NCBI RefSeq assembly: GCF_044704955.1
Contig: NC_091991.1
Location: 141,484,001 to 141,548,000 of the forward strand
Source: Pristiophorus japonicus
Taxonomy: Eukaryota
DNA length: 64,000 nucleotides
Direction of reading: 5' to 3'
Under the pieces are notes generated by a model. That model worked only from the letters and a program-made list of their open reading frames with translations. It did not search any database and was not told the origin of the DNA. The stretch's first letter is position 1, and every line of letters begins with the position of its first letter. This document shows, in pieces, positions 11,036 to 23,330 of the stretch. The translations under genes were made by a program, and so were the position numbers.

Positions 11036-14000
11036 TTATGCTCCTCCTGTACAATGTGGGAACTCAGGAACGACTCCAGTGTCCCTGACGACTACGTGTG
11101 CAGGAAGTGTATCCACCTCCAGCTCCTGACGGTCCGCGTTGCGGAGTTGGAGCTGAGAGTGGATTCACTCTGGAGCATCCACGATGCTGAGAATGAAGTG
11201 AGTAGCACGTGTAGCAAGTTGGTCATACCACAAGAGAAGGGTCCACAGCTAGATAGGGAATGGAAGACCAGCAGGAAGAGCAGTGCAAAGAAGGTAGTGC
11301 AAGGGTCCTCTGTGGTCATCCCCCTGCAAAACAGATACACTGCTTTGAGTACTGTTGAGGGAGATGACTCATCAGGGGAGGGCAGCAGCAGCTGCCAAGT
11401 TCATGGCACCGTGGCTGGCTCTGTTACACAGGAGGGCAGGAAAAAGAGTGGGAGAGCGATAGTGATAGGGGATTCAATTGTTAGGGGAATAGATAGGCGT
11501 TTCTGCGGCAGCAACCGAGACTCCAGGATAGTATGTTGCCTCCCTGGTGCAAGGGTCAAGGATGTCTCGGAGCGGGTGCAGGACATTCTAAAAAGGGAGG
11601 GAGAACAGCCAGTTGTCGTGGTGCACATTGGTACCAACGACATAGGTAAAAAAAAAGGGATGAGGTCCTACGTAATGAATTTAAGGAGCTAGGAGGTAAA
11701 TTAAAAAGTAGGTCCTCAAAAGTAGTAATCTCGGGATTGCTACCAGTACCACGTGCTAGTCAGAGTAGGAATCACAGGATAGCACAGATGAATACGTGGC
11801 TTGAGCAGTGGTGCAGCAGGGAGGGATTCAAATTCCTGGAGCATTGGAACCGGTTCTGGGGGAGGTGGGACCAGTACAAACCGGACGGTCTACACCTGGG
11901 CAGGACCGGAACCAATGTCCTAGGGGGATTGTTTGCTAGTACTGTTGGGGAGGAGTTAAACTAATATGGCAGGGGGATGGGAACCAATGGAGGGAGACAG
12001 AGGGAAACAAAAAGGAGATAAAAGCAAAAAACAGAAAGATGAGATGAGAAAAAGTGGAGGGCAGAGAAATGCAGGGCAGAGAAATGCAAGACAAAGAACT
12101 AAAAGGGCCACACTACATCATAATCCTAAAAGGACAAAGGGTGTTAAAAAAAAACAAGCCTGAAGGCTTTGTGTCTTAATGCAAGGAGTATTCGTAATAA
12201 GGTGGATGAATTAACTGTGCAAATAGATGTTAACGGATATGATGTGATTGGGTTTATGGAGACGTGGCTCCAGGATGATCAGGGCTGTGAACTCAACATC
12301 CAGGGGTATTCAACATTCAGGAAGGATAGAATAAAAGGAAAAGGAGGTGGGGTAGCATTGCTGGTTAAAGAGGAGATTAATGCAATAGTTAGGAAAGACA
12401 TTAGATGTGGAATCTATATGGGTAGAGCTGCAGAACACCAAAGGGCAAAAAATGTTAGTGGGAGTTGTGTACAGACCTCCAAACAGTAATAGTGATGTTG
12501 GGGAGGGCATCAAACAGGAAATTATGGGTGCATGCAATAAGGGTGCAGCAGTTATAATGGGTGACTTTAATATGCACATAGATTGGACTAACCAAACTGG
12601 AAGCAATACGGTGGAAGAGGATTTCCTGGAGTGCATAAGGGATGGTTTTCTAGACCAATATGTCGAGGAACCAACTAGGGGAGAGGCCATCTTAGACTGG
12701 GTATTGTGTAATGAGAGGGGATTAATTAGCAATCTCGTTGTGCGAAGAGTGACCATAATATGGTGGAATTCTGTATTAGGATGGAGAATGAAACAGTTAA
12801 TTCAGAGACCATGGTCCAGAACTTAAAGAAGGGTAACTTTGAAGGTATGAGGCGTGAATTGGCTAGGATTGATTGGCGAATGATACTTGAGGGGTTGACT
12901 GTGGATGGGCAATGGCAGATATTTAGAGACCGCATGGATGAACTACAAAATTGTACATTCCTGTCTGGCATAAAAATAAAAAAGCGAAGGTGGCTCAACC
13001 GTGGCTATCAAGGGAAATCAGGGATAGTATTAAAGCCAAGGAAGTGGCATATAAATTGGCCAGAAATAGCAGCGAACCCAGAGACTGGGAGAAATTTAGA
13101 ACTCAGCAGAGGAGGACAAAGGGTTTGATTAGGGCAGGGAAAATAGAGTACCAGAGGAAGCTTGCAAGGAACATTAAGACGGACTGCAAAAGTTTCTATA
13201 GATATGTAAAGAGAAAAAGGTTAGTAAAGACAAACGTAGGTCCCTGCCGTCGGAATCAGGGGAAGTCATAATGGGGAACAAAGAAATGGCGGACCAATTG
13301 AACAAGTACTTTGGTTCGGTATTCACTAAGGAGGACACTAACAACATTCCGGCTATAAGAAGGGTCAGAGGGTCTAGTAAGGAGGAGGAACTGAGGGAAA
13401 TCCTTATTAGTCGGGAAATTGTGTTGGGGAAATTGATGGGATTGAGGGCCGATAAATTCCCAGGGCCTGATGGACTGCATCCCAGAGTACTTAAGGAGGT
13501 GGCCTTGGAAATAGTGGATGCATTGACGGTCATTTTCCAACATTCCATAGACTCTGGATCAGTTCCTATCGAGTGGAGGGTAGCCAATGTAACCCCACTT
13601 TTTAAAAAAGGAGGGAGAGAGAAAACAGGGAATTATCGACCGGTCAGCCTGACATCGGTAGTGGGTAAGATGATGGAATCAATTATTAAGGATGTCACAG
13701 CAGCGCATTTGGAAAGAGGTGACATGATAGGTCCAAGTCAGCATGGATTTGTGAAAGGGAAATCATGCTCGACAAATCTTCTGGAATTTTTTGAGGATGT
13801 TTCCAGTAGAGTGGACAAGGGAGAACCATTTGATGTGGTATATTTGGACTTTCAGAAGGCTTTCGACAAGGTTCCACACAAGAGATTAATGTGCAAAGTT
13901 AAAGCACATGGGATTGGGGGTAGTGTGCTGACGTGGATTGAGAACTGGTTGTCAGACAGGAAGCAAAGAGTAGGAGCAAATGGGTACTTTTCAGAATGGC

Positions 14001-15031
14001 AGGCGGTGACTAGTGGGGTACCGCAAGGTTCTGTGCTGGGGCCCCAGCTGTTTACATTGTACATTAATGATTTAGACGAGGGGATAAAATGTAGTATCTC
14101 CAAATTTGCGGATGACACTAAGTTAGGTGGCAGTGTGAGCTGCGAGGAGGATGCTATGAGGCTGCAGAGCGACTTGGATAGGTTAGGTGAGTGGGCAAAT
14201 GCATGGCAGATGAAGTATAATGTGGATAAATGTGAGGTTGTCCAATTTGGTGGTAAAAACAGAGACACAGACTATTATCTGAATGGTGACAGATTAGGAA
14301 AAGGGGAGGTGCAACAAGACCTGGGTGTCATGGTACATCAGTCATTGAAGGTTGGCATGCAGGTACAGCATGCGGTTAAGAAAGCAAATGGCATGTTGGC
14401 CTTCATAGCGAGGGGATTTGAGTACAGGGGCAGGGAGGTGTTGCTACAGTTGTACAGGGCCTTGGTGAGGCCACACCTGGAGTATTGTGTACAGTTTTGG
14501 TCTCCTAACCTGAGGAAGGACATTCTTGTTATTGAGGGAGTGCAGCGAAGGTTCACCAGACTGATTCCCGGGATGGCGGGACTGACATATTAAGAAAGAC
14601 TGAATCAACTGGGCTTGTATTCACTGGAGTTCAGAAGAATGAGAGGGGACCTTATAGAAATGTTTAAAATTCTGATGGGTTTAGACAGGTTAGATGCAGG
14701 AAGAATGTTCACAATGTTGGGGAAGTCCAGAACCAGGGGTCACAGTCTAAGGGGTAAGCCATTTAGGACCGAGATGAGGAGAAACTTCTTCACCCAGAGT
14801 GGTGAACCTGTGGAATTCTCTACCACAGAAAGTTGTTGAGGCCAATTCACTAAATATATTCAAAAAGGAGTTAGATGTAGTCCTTACTACTAAGGGGATC
14901 AAGGGGTATTTCAAGAAAGCAGGAATGGGGTACTGAAATTGCATGTTCAGCCATGAACTCATTGAATGGCAGTGCAGGCTAGAAGGGCCGAATGGCCTAC
15001 TCCTGCACCTATTTTCTATTTTCTATGTTTC
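11036..15031 (+). mobile_element. Near full-length CR1 LINE (ORF1 zinc finger + SGNH esterase; ORF2 APE endonuclease + RT), frameshifted
   Basis: ORF1 has CSSC..CRKC, GDSIVRG, HIGTND and DGLHL. ORF2 has CLNARSIRNK, GDFN, NYRPVSLTS, YLDFQKAFDKVPH, SGVPQGSVLGP and KFADD. 3' UTR ends ttttctatgtttct. Several frameshifts and a premature stop at 14591. Confidence 0.95.
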
Positions 15032-15624
15032 TAAGAGGCAATCTGTGCATGCATGCAAGCATGAATGTACAAAGCTCTTTCTTGCCAGGGCAAATGCAAT
15101 TCACAGACTGCAGTTCGATACAGGCCTTATCAGTTATGCTCAGCAGTCTACCACAATCAGTTTCAGATCAGTTTAAAATAATTTAAGACCCAGCACAATA
15201 AGACACTGGGTACTCTTATACACCGTATAGAAAAAAATAGTCGTTTCTAAGAATTTCCTCCCAATATCTGAATGCAGAAAAAATGGCATGACTTCCAAGC
15301 ACTTCATTCTTTGAGTTCAAAGAAAATTGTGGTAATAGCCTTTCTTCAACCAGAAGTGGTTGAAGAATTATGAAAATTCTGGCTTCACTTAGCTGGTCAA
15401 AATGCCAAGTGCTAAGCTGTGGTATCAAGTGTAAAACCATTGAAAAACTGAGATCTTACAAGTAGTACAAGTTAGCTTCCATGGTAAGATTAGTTAAAGG
15501 GTCCTGTAGAAACAAATGCAAATACAAAGTCAGTGATAGTCTAAAACATTTCAATGCAATGATCTGGTTTTCACCTATATTGCCATAATGGCTCAGATTT
15601 TCCTGCAACAGCAACGTACACCAT

Positions 15625-16060
15625 AAGATTTCCATTTATATAGTGCCTTTCATGACCATCAGACGTCTCAAAGCGCTTTACAGCCAATGAAGTACTTTTG
15701 GAGTGTTGTAATGTGGGAAATATGTGGTAGCCAATTTGCACACAGCAAGCTCCCACAAACAGCAATGTGATAATCACCAGATAATCTGTATTAGTGATGT
15801 TGATTGTGGGATAAAGATTGACCAGGACATCGGGGAATAACACCCCTGCTCTTTTTCGAAATGGTGCCTTTTACGTCCACCTGAGAGAGCAGGTTTAAAG
15901 TCTCATCCGAAAGATGGCACCAACAACAATGCAGAACTCCCTTAGCACTGCACTGGAGTGTCAGTCTAGATTTGTGTGTTCAAGTCCCTGGAGTGGGACT
16001 TGAACCCACAACTTTATGACTCAAAGACAAGTCTGCTACCCACTGAGCCACAGGTGACAC
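15625..16060 (-). mobile_element. tRNA-headed Deu-domain-type SINE (SacSINE1-like) with an L2-type tail
   Basis: Minus strand starts with A box tggctcagtggg and B box gttcaagtcc. The tail aaagcgctttgagacg...aggcactatataaat is shared with the L2 tail at 22100. Family name is recalled, not searched. Confidence 0.75.
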
Positions 16061-16902
16061 ACAATATAGCATTGTAGCGCACTGATCGCGCGCTTGATAA
16101 CTTCTTTATTTTCCTGCATTTCTAATTAGAATACGCCATAGCAAGCATTGCGGCGAATAGGAAGCTGCACAACCATTTTACCAGCAAATCAACAAATACA
16201 TCAAACAGGATGGCAACGTAAAGACTTAAAACCAGATAAGTAGGGCGCTCATCTGAAACGCTACGACTGCTGGGCTGATCTCTTCTCAGTGGAATCAATC
16301 AGGTTACTTCCATTTAGAACGTGTTGTTAGTGATATGAATTTGAATACGGAGATTCCACGGGTTTGCTGAGCCACGGGTTTTCTGGTCGCAGTCCAGCCC
16401 CATGTATAAGCGAATACAATGGTTTGCTACAATTGATTTTGGAAGATCCATGAACAATAAACCAAGCTGCTGCCAGGTCACCAGCGGCATTTTTAAAGTA
16501 AGTGACAGCAATGTGAAAACTGGTGATAACATGGCAAAATCTCGATCGCCATGGTATTTAATGGAGGTGGACGCCATGAAAATTGCTTTCCAACTGGTTT
16601 TCGGCGAGGGGCATGGGAATCACTGCAAAAGTCCCAAGAAAATATGCAGTGCCATAATTCATGGCACAAGTCACTTACTCCATAATTTCCTCTTTCCTTT
16701 GCGGCGTTCAAGAGCCCTGACCATGTAAATGCATATTGGTGTAGGTCCACAGGAAAATCTGGGCCGATATTTTGTCATGCTAAATTTATCCTTTTGTCTC
16801 AATATTAAGCAAGCAACAGCCGAAAACAGGCTGGTTGCCACAGCAATTAGAAGTGTTAATCAGCTACCCAGAGCGGGAGTCACAGTTCGATTCTAGGAAC
16901 AG

Positions 16903-17478
16903 AGGCCCCGATATTGGTGGCCTTACTGCCCACCGCCACCAAGTTTTCCTCTTGGGCTAGAGCGAGCAGAAGGATAGTACTGCCAGTTGACACTTCTGGC
17001 GGCCAAGTAGCGCAAGTGGCCTCCCGGCCACCAAGCTGCCAGATTGGTGTGGGCAGGAGTCGCCACCAGCAGGGGGGGAGGACTGCTGCATGGAGGCTGT
17101 TCTAACCCCGATGGTAGGTATGAAGAAGGAAAAAAAAGTTAGTGAAAATATTTAAAACTTTTTTTTAAAAAAGCAGGATGGGGTCTCCTGAAGGTGTTCC
17201 GGTGTTTTTTTTAATTCCTATGATTTTTATTTGCAGGTGTTCCACCCTCCCTGAGCCCAACTCCAACCTCGGCAGCACTTGGGTGGCAAGAGCCTTTGCT
17301 GCAGAGATTGAGAGCTCCCGCCCACTGCTGCCCAGATTGACGGTGCAAGCCATTGTTTGGCCGCTGTGCAGTACTGCCACCTCTTTTAGAGGAATGGTCC
17401 AGGCAACGTACCGCCCGGTCTCTTGGCGGTCCTTTGGGTGGCACTTGGGTGGGTCATGGCTTCGACCGAGTTCGGGCA
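16903..17478 (+). mobile_element. Degenerate GC-rich TIR element
   Basis: Ends ggccccgatatt and gagttcgggc. GC-rich arms around an A/T spacer, as in families A and B. Confidence 0.4.
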
Positions 17479-17945
17479 CATAGGAACAGGAGTAGGCCAG
17501 TTAGCCCCCTATTCAGCCGTTCAATGAGATCCTGGCTGATCTGTGACCTAAATCTAATTACAAATCTTTGCCCCATATCCCTTAATACCTTTGGTTAATA
17601 GAACTCAATCAATCTCAGATTTAAAATTAACAATTGATCCAGCATCAACTGCCATTTGCAGAAGAGAGTTCCAAACTTCTACCACTCTTTGCGTGTTTCC
17701 TAACTTCACCCCTAAAAAGGCCTGGCTCTCATTTTTAGGCTATGTCCCCCAGTTCCAGATTCCCCAAACAACAGAAATAGTTTCTCACTATCCCATTTAA
17801 TATCTTGAAACCTTCGATCAAATCACCCCTTAATCTTCTAAATTCCACCAGAATGCAACCTTAGCTTGTGTAATTTCTCCTTGTAATTTAAGCCTTGGAG
17901 TCCAGTATCATTTTAGTAAATCTACGCTGCACTCCCTACAAGGCT
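17479..17945 (-). mobile_element. CR1 3' fragment
   Basis: cataggaacaggagtaggcc followed by typical reverse-strand CR1 ORF2 end and 3' UTR sequence. Confidence 0.75.
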
Positions 17946-18248
17946 ATTGCTGCTTGTTTATGGAGGTTTCTGTGGTTTCAATACAATAGGAAACCCCAAG
18001 TGAATCATTGACAGTCATCTTAGGCTATCAATAAAGATTATTTTCATTCAATGGTGATAAGAAAGCCATTCTGGGAGATGTCTGCTGCCTGCCCACAGTT
18101 CTAAGATGAGGCCCACTCTGGAACCTTTGGCAAAAGTGCCCAGCAGGCAGCAAGCAAAATCCTAGATCAGCTGGGATCAGAACAGCTTAGCATGAAAGTA
18201 GATCTAAGCCGAGGGAGACAACAAGAGAATTCAGAAGCATAGAAATTA

Positions 18249-19071
18249 GGGCCCAAGTTTCGACTCGAGTTGATCCTATTTTTTTGGAGCCGTAATTCTC
18301 AGCATTTAGTTTACTCCAGTTCTAGTTAGTTAGAATAGCTTCGTTTTAGTACAGTTTTTTTTTCCAAAAGGGGGTGTTACCAGCGACTTATGCCCATCTA
18401 GCAAGTTTAGGCAGCGAAAAGTTACTCCAAACTAACTTAGAACGGAGTAAATGTCGATTTTTGTACGCTCAGGAAAACCTTGCCTGCACTTTAGAAATTA
18501 GGCGCAGGTAGCGAGAGATGGGGGCTGGGGGGGGGGGAAAGTTAGGGGATTTTACAAAGCATTAAACACTTCACTTTTACCAATAAAGAGCCATCAAGAA
18601 ATGATAAATAAATCAATAAATCAATCAAAAAATAAAATAAATCAATAAATAAAAAATTTTAAGTTTCTACTCACCTACTGCAGCACCGGGAGCCCTCCAA
18701 CAGCCTGCCGAAGAGCTGCTGATCGGGCGGGCCCCACCGGCAGGGAGGCGTTTGGGTGGGTCCCACTGCCGAGGAGGTAAGGGCAGTGGCGACGAGGCGA
18801 GGGACGGTGAGGCAGGCAGGCCACTTGGCCCAGGATAGGGGCGGCGAACAGTGCGAAGTCTCCTCTGCCAAGGATAGGGTCGCCCAGAGACAGGACGCGC
18901 TGGGAGGACCAAGAGCTACTGCACACACATGCAGACTCCACTGTGCACGCGCACAGCAGCTGGCACTCTTTGGCCCAGGGCTGTAGCTCCGCCCCCAGCT
19001 GCTTGTTGACTGTGAAACAAGCAGCTGGTCTCTCGGAGTGTGCCGTTCTGGGAGGACATCCGATTGGGCCC
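18249..19071 (+). mobile_element. Family A TIR element
   Basis: gggcccaa...ttgggccc termini. Left arm homologous to 24688, 37723 and 51325. Flanks tta/tat. Confidence 0.8.
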
Positions 19072-19369
19072 TATGTTACTGGTCTAATAATCCAGAGAAC
19101 ACGAGTTCAAATCTCACTATGGCAGTTTGAGGATTTGAACTCAGTTTATAAAAAAGAACTGCTAAGTGACCATAAAGCTGTTGGATTGTCTTGGGAACCA
19201 ATAGGTTCACCAATATCTTTTGGGGAACGAAACCTGCCGTTCTTACCCGGTTTGGCCAATGTGTGACTCTAGTTCCAGCGGTACAAGGCAGCCCTTCTCA
19301 AGGGCAAGTATGGATGGGCAATAAATGCAGGTCTCACCTGCGATGTACACATCTCGAGAACAAAAAAAA
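19072..19369 (+). mobile_element. tRNA-derived SINE (LF-SINE-like): head and body of the 36638 LINE joined to its 3' tail
   Basis: B box gagttcaaatctc; body gtgaccataaagctgttggattgtc; tail cttctcaagggcaa...gggcaataaatgc plus an A-run. A degenerate minus-strand copy lies near 8040-8225. Confidence 0.75.
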
Positions 19370-19869
19370 GTTACATTACGGTTATTTTGCATTAACTGAG
19401 GATCATATGAAATTGATTGTTCTTGCTATGAAATTTGCACTGTTTATTCATGTATTTTATATCAAATAAACTAGTTTGTTGGTTTGAAGTAGTTCCTCAG
19501 CGCCATACAGTCTTTTTCAGACTGCCATCCATAAAGAGGGGAGAATACAAGGACTATATTTCAGTAGAGTTTACACACGAGACACGAGTGACATGAAATG
19601 CTGATCCAGAGAATATCTAGCACAAAAATCATTAGACAATTTACTATATTTTTATACATGCATTTAATTGCTTGCCCCTCTCTTTTAAAGGTATCTTCTT
19701 TTCCTCAGCAATCGGAAGTTGGTTTATCTAATAAAATTCTGATAAAGGCTTTGAGAAGTTAGAAGAATGATAGTTGTGGTTGTGTATACAGGATTCGATT
19801 ACTTTTGAAAGTTACAAATGGCAAACATCAGCATTTTTGAGACATGTCTACTTTATCAAAAATCAGCAT

Positions 19870-22008
19870 GCAATGTCTGGACTGCAGTATGTGGGAGTTT
19901 GTGGACAGCGAAACAGTCCCGAGCAAACACATCTGCAGGAGCTATCTCCATCTCAAATCTCTCCGGCTCAGAATCATTGAGCTGGAGTGCGAGTTGGAGA
20001 CACTGACACATAAGGGAGGTGGAGGAATTTCTGGACAGTTTTATCCAGAATACAGTCACACCCCATAGGAAAGCACAGGTTTAGGAAAGGAAGGGTGTGA
20101 CTTGTTAGGGAGCCGGTTAGCAGGATTTAGGAGAGGTTGAGAAGGAGGTCCCGCAGACACTGGACCTGTCCAACATGTACGATGTGCTTGCTACCTGTGA
20201 GGACAAGGAGAAAGGCTGCAGGGAGGACAGCTACAATGCAGACTAAGGCACCGTGGCTTAGAAGGCTGTCCGAGGGGGCGGGGGCGCGGGGGGGGGACCC
20301 AGAACAGAAATGTGTCAGTGATCGGGGATTCTACAATTAGGGGGATAGAAAGCGTCCTCAGCAGCCAAGAACGAGAATCCCAAATGGTGTGCTGCCTACC
20401 CGGTGCCAGGGTAAGGAATATTTCACAGCGGCTGGAGTGGAACTTGGAAAGGGAGGGAGGGTAAATCCAATTGTTGTGGTCCATGTTGGAACTTCACGAT
20501 CTTCCTCGCTGCCCTGCTCCACCGCACACTCAACAAGCTCCCCGCTGGAGTGGAACTAAACTATAAAATCAGTGGGAACCTGTTCAACCTTCGTCGCATC
20601 CAGGCAGAATCCAAGACCGCCCCATCCTCTGTCGTCGAACTACAGTACGTGGACGACACTTGCATTTGCGCACAGAGGTTGAACTCGAAGTCATCCTCAA
20701 CATTTTCACTGAGGCGTCGAAAGCATGGGCCTTACACTAAACATCCGTAAGACAAAGGTCCTCCACCAATCTGACCCCACCACACAGCACTGCCCCCCAA
20801 TCATGAAGATCCACGGTGTGGCCCTGGACAACATGGACCACTTTCCATACCTCGGGAGCCTATCATCAGCAAGGGCAGACATAGACGACGAGGTTCAACA
20901 CCGCCTCCAGTGTGCCAGTGCAGCTTTCGGCCGCCTGTGGAAGAGAGTGTTTGAAGATCAGGCCCTCAAATCTGGCACCAAGCTTATGGGCTACAGGGCT
21001 GCACTGATACTCGCCCTCCTGTATGGTTCAGAGACGTGGACCATATACAGTAGACACCTCAAATCGCTGGAGAAATACCACCAGCGATGCCTCCACAAGA
21101 TCCTGCAAATCGCCTGGGAGGACAGATGCACCAACGTCAGTGTTCTCGATCAGGCCAACATCCCCAGCATCGAAGCACTGACCACACTTGACCAGCTCCG
21201 TTGGGCAGGCCGCATTGTTCGCATGCCCGACACGAGACTCCCAAAGCAAGCGCTCTACTCGGAACTCCTACATGGCAAACGAGCCCCAGGTGGGCAGAAG
21301 AAACATTTCAAGGACATTCTCAAAGCCTCCTTGATAAAGTGCAACATCCCCAGTGACACCTGGGAGTGCCTGGCCAAAGACCACCCTAAGTGGAAGAGCA
21401 GCATCCGGGAGGGCGCTGATCACCTAGAGCATGCAGAAAACAAGCGCAGGCAGCGGAAGGACTGCACGGCAAACCAGGCTCCCCACCCATCCTTTCCTCC
21501 AACGACTGTCTGCCCCACCTGCGACAGAGACTGTAATTCCCGTATTGGACTGTTCGGTCACCTGAGTGGAAGCACGTCTTCCTTGATTTCGAGAGACTGC
21601 CTATGATGAAGAACAACAGACAGGTCCTGCTGAAAGAGTAACAGGACTCTAAATTTAAAAGCAGGACCTTGAGGGTAATAATCTCTAGATTATTGTCCGA
21701 GCCAAGTGCATATTGGCATAGAAGCAGACAGATCAGGAGAATTAACATGTGGGTAATTGACTGGTGTGGGAAAGAGAGGTTTCCTTTTCATGGGATACTG
21801 GCACCAGGGAGTGGTTGAAGCAAATAATGTAGATGCCTTTATGGGGAGGCTAAACAAGCATGTATGAGGGGGCAGGGAATAGAGGGTTATGATGATACAT
21901 TTAGATGAGGAAAGATGGGAGGCAGCTCGAGTGGAGCATAAATGCCAGCATGGACTGGTTGGGTCGAATGGCCGGTTTGTGTGTCGTATATCCTATGTAA
22001 TCCTATGA
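19870..22008 (+). mobile_element. Degenerate CR1 (ORF1 region joined to a CR1 3' UTR) split by an RTE insertion
   Basis: CLDCSMWE and CCLPGAR ORF1 motifs. ORF1 sequence resumes after 21610. Tail atcctatgtaatcctatg. Confidence 0.75.
20495..21609 (+). mobile_element. RTE-clade LINE 3' fragment
   Basis: 293-aa ORF with LLYGSETW, LRWAGRIVRM and a C-terminal CPTCDRDC..H zinc finger. gactgcctatgatga tail. Confidence 0.9.
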
Positions 22009-22099
22009 TTTGATCTTCCCATGTGCCTGAGGTCACCCAACAATGTGTTCAAAATACCTTCTCCGCTGCAGAGCTTGTGCGCATGTGCATTAATTGATA

Positions 22100-22244
22100 A
22101 CAATTTGTATTTATATAGTGCCTTTAATCTAGTAAAACATCCCAAGGTGCTTCACAGAAGTATTATCAAACAAATTTGACATCGAGCCATATAAAGAGAT
22201 ATTAGGATAGGTGACCAAAAGTTTAGTCAAAGAGGTAGGTTTTA

Positions 22245-22246
<2 letters not shown>
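22100..22246 (-). mobile_element. L2 LINE 3' end
   Basis: ttgtatttatatagtgcctttaa...catcccaaggtgcttcaca...aaagaggtaggttttaagg. Confidence 0.65.

Positions 22247-22291
<45 letters not shown>
22247..22291. repeat. (GA)n microsatellite
   Basis: About 22 perfect GA units. Confidence 0.98.
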
Positions 22292-22294
<3 letters not shown>

Positions 22295-22739
22295 CGGAGA
22301 GATTTAGACAGCCAGTGCCTAGCAAATAAATGGAAATACAATGGCACTTCTCGTCCAAATGCTTCCAATATTTTAATAAAGTTTATTAGCTTTTAGATAG
22401 GAAAAAATGGAACATGTTTAAACTAAAACATGTAATTTGAAACACTGCCAAGATTTAATTTCTTTTGAGATTCTCCGCCAGAAAGATGGATGTGTGAATA
22501 ATGATTCACCACATATTTTCCCCCATAAAATTTACAGTAAAAGAATTAAGTCATTGTTTTAACATATCCCAAGATTGCATCATAAAAGAAAATGTTTCGA
22601 TATAACTAGTTATTCTGGTTAGTTATAGCTTTGCAGAGGTTATAAATCACACTGGTTTTGCAAAATAAGCACAAAACACCTCATAATTTCCAAATTGCTT
22701 TATAAGACATTTTATGTAGTGAAAGAAAGAATTCGCAAT

Positions 22740-23330
22740 TATATTATCTAGGGTCTTTCTCAACCATAGGATGTCCCAAAGCACTTCACAACTGAGAAAG
22801 TACTTCTGAAATGTTGGCACTGCTGTAATATGGGGAAACATAGCAATAAATTTTCACAAAGTCCCACAAACAGCTAAATGGCCAGATCATCTGTTTTTAG
22901 TTGTTGGTTGAATGATGAATGTTGGCCAGATGCCGAGTGAACTCCCCTTCTTCTCTTTGAATAGTGCCGTGGGATCATTCACATGAATTTCAACAGGTAG
23001 ATGGGGCCTCGGTTTAATGTTGCATTCAAAAGACGGGACCTGTGACAGCCCTCATTACTGCACTGAAGTGTCAGCCTAAATTATGTGATCAAGTCTCTAA
23101 GGTCTAGAACAATGTTCCCTCTAATTTTTTTTTTTTTCGGTGTGGTCCCTTTAAATCTGTTGCATGGCCACACATGTGCTGTATCTTCCAGCAGCAACAG
23201 CTTGTGAGTGGACTGCGCGGGACCTCCCGATTGATGCATGGCCGCGCACCTTAGGGGGAACATTGGCCTCGAACCCACGACCTACTGACTTAGAGTGACG
23301 GTGTTACCATTGAGCAAAGGCTGGCAGCTT
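22740..23330 (-). mobile_element. Deu-type SINE copy interrupted by a hAT MITE
   Basis: Collinear with 15625-16060. Confidence 0.7.
23110..23265. mobile_element. hAT (Charlie-like) MITE
   Basis: TIR caatgttccctcta / tagggggaacattg. 8-bp flanks gtctagaa / gcctcgaa. Confidence 0.7.

Noticed and set aside
13852-14556. Antisense ORFs over CR1 copies
   Set aside because: Standard shadow frames on the reverse strand of CR1 ORF2.
13271-14593. 440-aa reverse transcriptase ORF as a functional or domesticated gene
   Set aside because: It is the open remainder of a CR1 ORF2, with upstream frameshifts and a premature stop.
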